A stretch of 50,463 bases of DNA, counting the filler, from Catajapyx aquilonaris (taxonomy: Eukaryota): NCBI GenBank assembly GCA_000934665.2. It is 2 parts of 2 records of this genome, joined end to end, with 100 filler letters (N's around TTAATTAATTAA, not from the genome) between each part and the next. Parts side by side here need not be neighbours in the genome. Positions count along the whole stretch, not along the records: positions 1 to 25,243 come from KZ539350.1; 1 more part is not named here. One strand, written 5' to 3'. Each line of letters begins with the position of its first letter. The stretch's first letter is position 1. Under the pieces are notes generated by a model. That model ran no database searches. It saw only the letters and a list, made by a program, of their open reading frames with translations, and was not told the DNA's origin. Shown here piece by piece: positions 14,307 to 24,831 of this stretch. The position numbers were made by a program, and so were the translations under genes.

Positions 14307-15129
14307 ATGGCTATGAAGGTAACGTTGACATTTATGGGACGTTTTAGTGTTCGTAACTGATTTGTGGATTTCTTTTCAGTTGATCGCTGTGCTCCTGGCC
14401 CTGGTGGCGTCTGTAACTGCAGAGTATGGTGATTACGGCTATCAGATGGAGATATACGAGCAGCCAGAAGAGCAGTCCTATGGCTACGAGAAGAGACCTT
14501 CGTACCAGACTCAACAGCAGTATGGCTACCAGCAGCAGGCTCGTGGGCAACAGAAGCAGTCGTATGAAGCTCCTTCCTATGGCTACGAGCAGAAGAGCTA
14601 CGGACAGAAGTACCGAAGGTCTGCACCCGCATACAGGCCGTCCAAGCAGACATCCTACGGCTACGAACAGCCCAAGCAGTCGTACGGTTATGAGCAGCAG
14701 TCCTACGGCTACGAGCAGCCCAAGCAGTCGTACGGTTATGAGCAGCAGTCTTATGGCTACGAGCAGCCCAAGCAGTCGTACCCGTACGAGCAGCAGTCCT
14801 ACGAGCAGCCAAAGCAGTCGTATGGATACGAGCAGCCGTCTTATGGATACGAGCAACCAAAGCTGTCGTACGGTTACGAGCAGCCCAGGCAGTCCTACAC
14901 CTTCGAAATGCCAGCAATTCCAACAATCTACAGCAACGAGCAGAGAAGTTATGGCCAGAAGTACAAGCGCTCAACATATGGGTACGACCAGAAGTCCTAC
15001 GATCAGCCTAAATACGAACAGACATACGAATACAGCAAGCCATCGTATGAAAGTTACGAGCAGCCAAAGTACCAGCAGTCTTATGGTTATGCAAGACCAA
15101 TGTATACGCAGAAAACGTACGGTTATTAA
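14307..15129 (+). CDS. Secreted Tyr/Gln/Ser/Gly-rich repetitive precursor protein (putative structural, cuticle/eggshell or adhesive protein), 2 exons, 253 aa
   Basis: Exon 1 14307-14318 (ATG GCT ATG AAG|gtaacg), 61-bp intron ending ttttcag at 14379, exon 2 14380-15129 (TAA). N-terminus MAMKLIAVLLALVASVTA is a typical signal peptide, followed by SYGYEQ(PK)Q repeats. CCAAT at 14199, TATAAA at 14222 and AATAAA at 15156 frame the gene. The gene model is well supported; the function is inferred. Confidence 0.88.
14653..14796 (+). repeat. Coding tandem repeat, 48-nt unit (SYGYEQPKQSYGYEQQ) x3
   Basis: Near-identical 48-nt units start at 14653, 14701 and 14749, with degenerate copies continuing to about 14900. 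Confidence 0.85.
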
Positions 15130-15155
15130 CTCTGACTACAACTTTTTGTACATAA

Positions 15156-15161
15156 AATAAA
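15156..15161 (+). terminator. Polyadenylation signal AATAAA of the secreted repetitive protein gene
   Basis: AATAAA 27 nt after the stop codon at 15129. Confidence 0.6.
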
Positions 15162-15225
15162 TACATTGCATGAAATCAAATTTTTAATTGTCTCAATCAA
15201 CCTGATGAAACCCCCAAGCACTGCT

Positions 15226-16379
15226 TTACTCGCCAGTCATCATCTCCATGAACTCTGTAAGGAAATCGATGCAGTGAACACTTGTGCGTGCATAGAGCTA
15301 GATTTCTGAGGAGACTCTATTTTTACCATCAAAGTCTACTGTTCCGGATCCATCAGTATCGATCTCTTCAATCATGCTGTCTAGATCAGAATCTGACAAC
15401 TGATCATCCAGCTCACGCAGGATCTCTCTCAGACATGAAGTTGGGATGTAACCATTTCCTGGAAGAGTAATTTCAGATATCAACTATATCAAAAGTAATC
15501 TTGACAGATTGATATGTAATTGTCACGATCACAATCTCTCCATGTGATTGTCACAAGATGTCAGTCACATTGAGATATTGTCAACAGATTGTGATGTCAT
15601 TGTTGATATTGTCAGATTCAGCACCTTCTTTGTCATAGAGACGAAATGCTTCCTTCAGCTCCTTGGCCATCGACTCACTGTCCTCTTCAATGATGAACTT
15701 GGCAGCTAGGGTCACGAACTCATCGAACTCCAGTTGTCCAGAGCCTGTCAACAAAGGTGTCATTCATCGTGTCCATCAGGAGGATATTTGACCGATTGAG
15801 TTTACCGTCAGCGTCCACTTCTTCGATCAGCTCTTTGAGGATTTTGTCGTTGTAGGCCTGACCCATGAGCCTCAGGATGGTACCCACCATTTCGGTGGAG
15901 ATTGACCCTTTCTTGTCCCTGTCGAAGCTGTCAAAGGCCTTACGCAGGACTGTAAGAGTTGGTCACATTCTCACGAGAAATCATTCACAAATCACTCAAC
16001 AATGTAGATGGCTCTATTGTTCCACACATTGCAGATACTAATCACGCTCAATATAACAGTTACAATAATATAGCTGACGTCAATATGACAGTTACAATCA
16101 TCATAGCTGACGTCAATATGACCGTTACAATCATCATAGCTGACGTCAATATGACAGTTACAATCATCATAGCTGACGTCAATATGACAGTTACAATCAT
16201 CATGATCAAAAATAGAGTACTCACTCGCAATCTGCTCCTTATCCAAATCTTCCTGCAATCCAAAAATAACTTATCAGTTAATATTGCTCATGATCTTCAA
16301 CAATATTAGCCAACAAAAGCTTCAGACGATTATTGTCTCCTATTTGAATTTTTTACCATTGGTGTCAACTCACCGACAT
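15226..16379 (-). CDS. TpnC: Troponin C (arthropod type, EF-hand protein), 6 coding exons, 152 aa
   Basis: Exons 16374-16379, 16225-16252, 15806-15949, 15625-15744, 15327-15458, 15226-15254, all GT-AG and phase-compatible (459 nt). Protein [42 protein letters not shown]...[27 protein letters not shown]...[33 protein letters not shown]...[22 protein letters not shown] carries the characteristic arthropod troponin C motifs. Confidence 0.96.
16049..16203. repeat. 33-bp minisatellite (~4.5 copies) in troponin C intron 2; each full unit holds TGACGTCA
   Basis: Unit tagctgacgtcaatatgacagttacaatcatca; TGACGTCA at 16075, 16108, 16141 and 16174. Confidence 0.9.
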
Positions 16380-16544
16380 TGTTGGTCTAGTCTTCCCTCA
16401 GCAACACTCCAGAAGTGGCAGTTGAGACACTTTGAAGACGACTGAGTGCTTCTGGTTCCGGCCTCTTCCTCTTCTCGTTTCTCCCCCCTTTCCCTCTTCC
16501 TCCTCCTCTCCCTGGATTTTTGACCCACCCTTCGCCCTGTGAAT

Positions 16545-16554
16545 CCAATTTTGG
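16545..16554. promoter_or_regulatory. CArG box (SRF site) upstream of troponin C
   Basis: CCAATTTTGG matches CC(A/T)6GG, about 170 bp upstream of the troponin C ATG. A near-MEF2 site (CTATTTTTGG) lies at 16915-16924. Consistent with a muscle gene, but function is untested. Confidence 0.4.
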
Positions 16555-17949
16555 CCTTTACACCCTTTGTGAAGAGTCCCGTCCATGTAGTCGATTGCGG
16601 ATCTGGCTTCACACCCAGTCGGAATTCTTGCATGCCATCAGGTTCATCTCAAAATCTGTCATATTTGTTGTCCACATTTTTTTGGAACAAAATTAACAAA
16701 ATGTGATGACACAATAAACCATTTGGTTGGTGCTAATGATAGCTTTGATCTCACAAATAAGTAGATTGTACCAATTAGCATGATTCACCCAGCCATATGT
16801 GAGCACCCTATTGGACCACCCCATTGTTACCTAAACACAACAATCGGCCTGATATTGATCCGAAACCGAGTGTATAGCAAGCAGTTGCAATGCTTATGTT
16901 TCTTCTAGGGGTGTCTATTTTTGGTGAGGGTGCCACAAAGCAGAAGAGGTGTCGCTCAGGCCAATTCATAAGAGACAGGCCCATCATGGTGCTAGTTAGT
17001 CTTAGAAATTTTTAGAACCCAACGTAACGGTTAGGTGACTATTGATGGGTGGTTGCTAATCACGTCACTGGAAACATGCCATAGATCATTGATTAACTAA
17101 TCTGCATATAGAATCTCAGTAACATTTCCGGGTTTTTGCTACTAATTATTTTCAAAAAAAGTGAGAAAATATTAATTTTGACATCAGTATATTCAACAAT
17201 GGCTGTTATTAACTATGCAAATAGCAATTACCCGTCATCGTGAATCCTACATTGAATAGTACGGGTGCTGCCCTATTTGCATATGAATGCAAAACTTTTT
17301 TTCTTCACAAAATCTTCCGGCTTGAGCGTTACACTTCAAAAATATGAAATTAGCCGGAAAAAAGTGGGTGCGATTGGCTGCCAAGAATTTTTGGGCGCCT
17401 GCTATTCGTCACCAGTGGCATGTTAGCATCAATACAGAAATAGTCGGGGTGAAATGGAGCCCTGCATGTGTGTGTGCGTATATGTGTGAGTGTGTGGTTT
17501 TGAGCTGGCAGAAAATATTGCTATTGGATATGTGGAGGCAAATCTCACGTCGAAATTTTTCCGGTGGAGGACTCCTACCATACCCAGGAAAAAGGACGTA
17601 TCTACATTTCAGATCTGGCTTTTTTCCATTTTTCTGTCATAGCAGCATCCCTCATACTAATAGCTGAACACTTAGCAAGAAATAGCAACATGAAAGGCAT
17701 GGTTTTATTATTTAGTGAGAAGACATTTGGCGGTAATGGCTCTGCTGCTCGGTCACTGTCAGACGAGAAAACAAAATCTGTTTAGCTAAGCACTAGCTCC
17801 GTTCCAAAGACCATCAATAAGAATAATGGATTGTCTCTAATCTGAGGTGCTGAAGCCACCGGGCTTCCCACCCGTAGCATGCCAAGGAATTCCGTCACTG
17901 CCATGTTGATTGACTGCTCAGGCACTCCAAGGAACTCATCTTCTTGTTT

Positions 17950-17950
17950 A

Positions 17951-18031
<81 letters not shown>
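17950..18031. repeat. (AAT)n microsatellite
   Basis: Visible directly. Confidence 0.95.
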
Positions 18032-18033
<2 letters not shown>

Positions 18034-18270
18034 TAAGGAGCCCGCCTGCTAATCGGGAGGTCCTGGGTTCGAATCCCGAGGCCGGCGACCCGGGCCATGG
18101 TTTTCTGTGGTTTTCCATGGTCTCCCCCAGGACAATTCCGGGGTCGTGTCCGTAAAAATAGGCCACAGCCGCTTCCTTCCTTCCCTATCCCTTGTCCTAT
18201 CCAATGGTGGTAATCCACCCCCCTAAGGGATAGCCAAAGGCTCTAGCACATACGGCCGATACGGGGTATG

Positions 18271-18271
<1 letters not shown>
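18032..18271 (+). mobile_element. tRNA-derived SINE (family A), 5'-truncated, embedded in (AAT)n
   Basis: B-box GGTTCGAATCC and body ggttttctgtggttttcc...taggccacagccgcttccttcc; flanked by (AAT)n on both sides. Confidence 0.8.
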
Positions 18272-18272
<1 letters not shown>

Positions 18273-18356
<84 letters not shown>

Positions 18357-18358
18357 CT

Positions 18359-18429
<71 letters not shown>

Positions 18430-18453
18430 TGTTGTTGTTGTTGTTGTTGTAAG
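18273..18453. repeat. Compound microsatellite (AAT)n-(AGT)n-(GTT)n
   Basis: Visible directly, about 300 bp upstream of the rogdi ATG. Confidence 0.95.
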
Positions 18454-18746
18454 TAGTAGTATGCAGCAATGCAGAATTCTAGTCTTGTTATGGTTATTTA
18501 TTTATTTATTTATTTAAATTTCATTTATTTATTGTTGCCGCAATAATGCTCAAAATGCCCGCCAGTTCCAAATGGAATTATTGATTTCTACCAAATTAAT
18601 TCATTTTAATTAAATAATGTAATAACCAATTACAAACTAATGGTAGTGTAATTTTGATATGCAAATTTAGTTAATATATAATTATAGATTGATTAAAATT
18701 CGTGTGGCACCACTGGTTTGAAAACAAAAGCGCAGAGCAAACAAAG

Positions 18747-20117
18747 ATGGCGGACCTGGAAAGGGAGGAGCTCATTAACTTGGTAAATATATTTAATTTT
18801 GGGACTTAAAATGGCTTAAGGGTGTTAACAGAAGTGAGTGTGAGGTATGGCGAGTGGGTACGGAGCATTTAATGGTGATACAAGTTGAGCCTGTCTTCTT
18901 GATGGGTGTCGGATGACCGCTGTTTGCGTTTCATTGATTAGGTGTGGGTTTGACCTCTTGTTTTGCAGCAACAGGAGTTCGACTGGATTTTGCACGAGGA
19001 GGTGCACACGGTGTTCAATCAACTCAGGACAATACTCACGGTAAGGTCAAAGCAGAGCGAGGTCGAGCGAGGGTTGTGAAGCTTTGGTTTTATTTCCAGC
19101 ACTGCACGCAGCAGTTCCCAATATCCGTTGCGAAGCATGAGATTGTGCCGAAGCAGGAGAAGTTCATGATGAACACTCCGTCGCAGACAAGTCAGGACAC
19201 CATCAAGTGCGTTTTGACCCTCACTGGGGACTGCATTTCACATGCCGTAAGAGCTGCATCCAGATTACATTCGTAGCGTAAAGGGTGAGATGTGTGACTG
19301 ACTAATATAACCTGCAGGATATCAACCTGAAGCTGCACAAGCACAACAATACCTTCCACACCGTGATCCAAGAATTGAATCCGTGGAAGCTGCAGCAGAT
19401 CCAAGACTCGGCCAACCACGTGCAGTGTGCCCTGGTGCAGCTTGAACACTACGAAAAGGATTATGTCTTTAAGCAAGTTTACTTAGATTTCGCTGGCATG
19501 GACAGCAACTAATGTTTTTGGTGTTTGGTTACAGGTCAGCTGAGGAAGTGACCTTTGCAATTGGGAACATTCTGGGGTGCCTCCAACGAAGTCGTAACAG
19601 TCTGCTGATACCGAGGAAGAGGACCATTGATGATCTCATTAACAGTCGCAACATGGTTCGTACCCCACATTTCATACACAAGTGAAGGATCATATTTTAT
19701 TAAGCACTGTATCATTACATCGTATACAAAAAAAATTGTGACATGATACTTTCAGAAATTCTTGTTGCCTCCCCTCCCAACGGACATGGTTCTAAGCTTC
19801 TACATCCAGAGCCAGAAGCTGGTGCTGGCGGCCTACCACCTGACCCAGTCGCAGGGCAGCGTCAAGTTCGACACTATGCAGGCGGAGTACCCCATACAGT
19901 GGCTCAATGACGTTGTTGTCACACTCACTGTTGCCCTGCAACTGTGCCAGCAGCTCAAAGACAAGGTGCAGTAACATTTATTACTCCGATAAAATACAGG
20001 GTGCTCCAATTGAAATGTCCAAAACCACAGTTATTTTTATGCTTTCAGATATGTGTGTTTTCGCAGTACAAGGACATGCAGCTTGGTTCAAGATCAACGT
20101 CAGCAATATCTTGGTAA
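18747..20117 (+). CDS. rogdi: Protein rogdi (Rogdi leucine-zipper family), 7 coding exons, 269 aa
   Basis: Exons 18747-18782, 18969-19040, 19100-19246, 19318-19472, 19535-19655, 19756-19965, 20049-20117 (810 nt). Protein MADLEREELINLQQEFDWILHEEVHTVFNQLRTIL...PWKLQQIQDSANHV...FKSAEEV...SFYIQSQKLV...[31 protein letters not shown] matches Rogdi motifs. Intron 4 needs a GC donor. Confidence 0.94.
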
Positions 20118-22305
20118 GAAAGGTGTAACACTTGATATTGAGAACAGTTATCAAGTCATCCACTATTGTTACCTTAAAATGCCAAGCAAAAGGAACAGTT
20201 CAGGTATTAGTGTTAAAATAATTAGGACCATGAAAACATTGTAGCACGTCACTTAATGCTGAATATTTTGTGATATCACATTAGATGGGATCTTCAAGTT
20301 AATTTTTGTCGAGCTTGTTTTACGATATTGTCGAAATCAACATTTAAGTTATTTAATACTTGCATCCCACAATTTCATGCTGCTCTGACCTCCCAACTCC
20401 CATTTCCCTCGAAGTAATGTCAAGCCTGATATTCACTCAAAAATTATACACTCCTATGTGGACCATATTCCTCCAACTGCAAAAATTGGCATATCCCTAA
20501 ATGCTCAAACATCTTGACCTTTGTTTTATGACAATGGTCGAGCATGATGTCGCCCTCAGCGGAAGCTTCTCTATCTCATACCGGCATGATATTACGGATG
20601 TCTCGTAATAAGCAAACCTTCATCGCTCCTCATTCAAAATTTGGTAATCACATGTGCATGTGATCAAGTTTTCAGCAAGTATTAGCTTACCGTTGTAATT
20701 ACTGTTGAATTATGCATGAAAAGTATATACTGGAGAGCCCTCTTATAGCCTTCTACTGAAGTAATTGAATCAAGTCTCCATTTCGGAAAATGTACGTGCA
20801 ACGAGTGAAGTGCACATACATTTTCGGCATTACGGAGAGTTTCGCGTTTCCATTTCCTTTTCCTTTCCACATTTTATTATTATTTTATTTACTTTGTTTC
20901 TTATGCTGTTTTTGTTTTTTTCTTTCCTACAGATTACCACACACGTCACCTTTAAATGTGTAGAGTATTATAATATTGTTATCTGACTGTATCAATGACT
21001 CCATATTAATGGTGTCATTAACATATGTGCAGATAACAGCTCAGAAATGATAAGTAAATGTCCAGAAGCTTGTGGCATGCACTTGGGAAGGTTGTACGTT
21101 TTGGTTCTTTGTTACGTTGCCGTAGTGCGTTTTGTTGCCACATTCCGAGTTGTTCTTGTTGACTTTCGCCTAAGCTGCATTATTCTGTCGTTAAGCATTC
21201 CCCTGGAGATAATGTGCACTCATTAGCATGCCAGTAATTTTACGACAAGTTAAGCATTCAGCCACTTAACAGCTTGACATAGGTTGTGAGCTTCTCATTT
21301 CCTCACTTAAAATGCTGTATGCTGCCAAACAAACATCTGATCAACCATTCAAAAAAAAAGACGGGACAATAATCAATTGCATCGCACAGTTGTACTTAAG
21401 TATTCACTCACAGTATTTATGTGTTACATGTAGATATTGGACTTGGTTGTTGTGCAATGTCAACTAATTCATGTGACTTAGTTGATGCCTTTTTAAAGGG
21501 TTGATGCTAATTTCAGACGTGGGGAAAACCACTCTTTTTAAATTATCCAACAAGTTTCTGTTCCTAAATATTGCTCAAAATCAGCTGATAGCAATACTTG
21601 GGAGAAAACTGGTTTGAAAACAGGATTGACTCGTTTGAGCGTGACAGAAGTCATTCGCGGTTGATTCAGTCGCAAATGACTCTTGCTGTATCACGTCAGC
21701 TATTGAAGCTTACGTATCATCGAGTTAGGTAGAGCAGTACAGCTGAAAATGGATTGAATCATATGGAATTTTCAGGTGAATACCAGTTAAATATTTTTCA
21801 TGAAACTCTCAAGGGTGCCTCATAATGACCTGTCAGCATGCAAGTGAGTTGTGGCTATTCAGGGATGCATGTGGCGATGCAGGTCATGCCACATGCAGCA
21901 GAACGTTGTGAACCAATTGCATGCCGATGAGATTCTTATTGAGGAAGCACCTGCTTTGATCTCTCATGAGTCGCATATGCAGTGGACATTGTGCGGTTTT
22001 TCCCACGTCTGACATTCTGATTAGCATTAAGAGGAATTGTGTGATATCTTTCTCGGAGAAGCAATAAAAATGTACACTTCGATGGACATGTTAAAGACCC
22101 AATTTTATTTAAACTTCCTATCACTCTATTACTAATGTTTGAATGACTTTTTCAGAACATCTGTTGGTTATGGCTCCTTGAATTTATATCGATTTATATT
22201 GTTGGAAGCTAAGGAATACAGTTGTTCTAGCACAGTGCATCTGCAATTCTAAAGTTCAACAACGAGAATGAGGATATATTCGAAGGACAAACCACATTTG
22301 CCAAG

Positions 22306-23474
22306 TCACCCACTACAGACTTCAAGAAGGACCTTAAAGACCTCTGAATTGGCACATTCATTCCAAGTCGGACTCTTTTTCACCTCAATCATGTTGGACT
22401 TGGCAAATTGCAAACAGATACTCTTCAGTCTGGTGAAGTCGTAAAGCATGCTAAAGTTGAGTCGCTCTAGTACGTTGTCCACGGTGAGAGTCCTTGCCAA
22501 GCATGCCTCGCACATTGACTGCAGCCGAGGAAGCATGTACTTGTGTGCGGCTGCCATGAGCTCCATTGCCATCATCAGGAGGTTGGCGGGCCGCTGGTCC
22601 GTGTACATGTAGAAAATTAGGCTCTCCAGCACCTCTGGCTTCATGTCACTGATCACCACCTCTCCTTTACGATTTTCCAGAGTGTCGTGCTGGAACATGG
22701 CAGCAAACACCTGGCTCCGTGCACACAAAATGAGCTTGTGTGCATGGAACGTGGCACTTCCTACTATCAGTGTGACGTCACTACCTGTGCCCGAATTCAA
22801 CATGTTCTTAAGGTCACTGGATAATCCAGGAGCAGGGACTTCAACCCTATTTTGTAGGTGCTCACTCTCAGATCCATTCATCAATTCCCCTTTGCACGTG
22901 ATGGTGAGGGTATCGTTAGGAAGAAGATTAGATGCATATGCCTGCAGTTCTCGGATGGAAATAAGCCGACCTCCATGGGTTTTGGTCATATTTCGCGAGA
23001 ATTTGACCAATCCTGCATCCCACAAATACTTGCCCGCGTACTTGCTGCTGCAGCTTTTAACCGAGATAGTAAATTTGGCGTTAATTTGGACATCCCTTGC
23101 ACCGGAATCGGTAAGGCAAGTTAAGTATGCAAACAGGCAGCAGGTCATCGAAGAGCCTTTGACGCTACACTCCATCTGCCACTTGGTGCGTTGATCAGAT
23201 CCAATTGTGAATGGACCTGAGTGTATCACATCTCCAGCTTGAAAGAAGCTGTACTTCATAATGGACCACTGGATGCAAAAAGGAAGCACTTTTGGAGTTG
23301 TAACAATATACTCGTTCCCTTCTGCTAAGTTCACATCGCAGGTATCTACGGAGGATAGGTCAGATGTTGAGGAGCTGCATTATTGTTATTACAGTTGGTC
23401 TCACCTGGATTCCAGAACCATGTGCCTGCTTCCCTCATGTGTCGGAAGAGTGATGTCCAGAGATGGGAGCTCAT
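22306..23474 (-). CDS. Divergent SPOP/TDPOZ-like MATH-BTB protein (putative Cullin-3 substrate adaptor)
   Basis: Large exon 22306-23345 encodes a MATH-like region (YIVTTPKVLPFCIQWSIMKYSF...SGPFTIG...TKWQM), a BTB domain (SDVTLIVGSATFHAHKLILCARSQVFAAMF...DMKPEVLESLIFYMYTD) and a BACK-like end (LMAAAHKYMLPRLQSMCE...LTVDNV). The start is uncertain: the best model uses ATG 23474, exon 23405-23474 and a 59-bp GT-AG intron (23346-23404), giving 369 aa. Confidence 0.88.
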
Positions 23475-23867
23475 CCTGGCTTAGATACACACAGGAAGGC
23501 ACTCCAATTTCCCCAGGCCTTAGTGTGGGTGTGTTCTGCATAATATAATGACCGGTTGGCAAGTCAGACAGTGGGGTGGGGATTCCCCTCAGAACCTGGC
23601 AGAACATTCCTATCTGTTGACTTTTAAAATCATGTGTTATCCAACACTTTTCTGAAATCAAGCAAGTCCGGTTAATTAACTTGGCTTGTATTGAGTACCA
23701 CATTGTATTACCTGCACACTGCACTTTAAAACCTTTTGCATTGTGACGTTGAGCGCAGGCATTTCAAGGGCACGTTGTTGACCCCAACCAGACACTCTGC
23801 CGATAGAATCTCACAAGTTTGGAAAGAGCGTGAAAATATGTACTCCGGGTCTTCGGGGGAACCAGAG

Positions 23868-24831
23868 CAGGGCCGCAACTAGGTTCTTTGTCACCCGGGG
23901 CAAACTAAGATTCTGCGCCCCCCACCCCCCCCCCCCCNCCCCACACACACACCGGGGAATTTGAAGTTTTCAATGTATAATTCCAGACTTAATTTTTAAC
24001 ATTAAAGTCTAAAGGATGATTTTAGAGGCATATTACATTCAAAGCAATATTTCTTTAAATTGTAGTTCAGAGTATTAATCTTACGTACTTTTAATTGTTT
24101 TGATTTTGGTTCGATATAACATTTAATATTTATTTTACACACTATACTATTTTAATTCCTATCAAAAAATACAAAAGAGAATCGTCAATCTGAACATACT
24201 TGTAGTAATATGAATTAGGAGTTAAAAGGTACATATTTTGTGGTTTTTTTGTTTACGAGTGGAAAAATATGAAATATTTGCAAGATACCGGCGTTGCAAA
24301 AAAATTAGACTATTTCCACAGAAGATGCAGAAAATCATTCACTTAATGGATGTTTTCTATAAAAAAATATGCTGACTAAATACACCCATTGAAAACTTTA
24401 GGTACCCAAAGATGCCCTTTTTCGCAAAAAAAAAAAAAAAAAAAAAAAAATCTTTCTCAAGACTTTGGCAAGCTTTCTTACCTACACTCGTTACCTGAGC
24501 TTATAGTCATCTTGAAGAGACTACAAGAGTAGGCCTATTCTTACAAACAGTCATAACCAGGAGAAATAGGAAAAAATTGAAAATAAAACAATCTAAGCAT
24601 AAACACATCATTGCAACACTCTGAGTCCAAACACACTATTACCCTCTTCTTTTGTATTATTTAGTGATTAATTGTGACAGTGAATATTGTGTAGATATTA
24701 TTATTGTCCAGATTTTTAAGCACAAACTCTTTAGCTTGTTTATTTTTTGGGGCATAATTATGGAGGAATGTTACAGAAAATAAAAAAAGCCAGAATAATT
24801 TTATAGGCCAAAAGTATAAATAAAGCTCGCA
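23868..24831. mobile_element. hAT-like insertion with 8-bp direct repeats; right end lacks a TIR
   Basis: Begins CAGGGCCGCAACTAGG...CACCCGGGGCAAA...GCGCCCCC (hAT-MITE-like end); aaccagag at 23860-23867 and 24832-24839. Confidence 0.55.

Noticed and set aside
14252..15160. Long alternative-frame and antisense ORFs (241, 170 and 244 aa) over the repetitive gene
   Set aside because: Shadow ORFs of a repetitive, codon-biased CDS; only the SYGYEQ frame has a signal peptide, splice sites, TATA box and poly(A) signal.
16049..16203. 33-bp repeats as a CRISPR array or a coding repeat (ORFs 15959-16309, 15992-16258)
   Set aside because: The units are head-to-tail with no unique spacers, lie inside a eukaryotic intron, and no cas genes are present.
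22643..23194. 183-aa + strand ORF, and + strand ORFs at 35792-36616
   Set aside because: Antisense shadows of the MATH-BTB and FoxJ1 exons.
23755..23775. In-frame TGA (TCP*NAC) as a selenocysteine codon
   Set aside because: No selenoprotein-like context or SECIS seen; the TGA falls in a plausible 82-bp intron (23733-23814).
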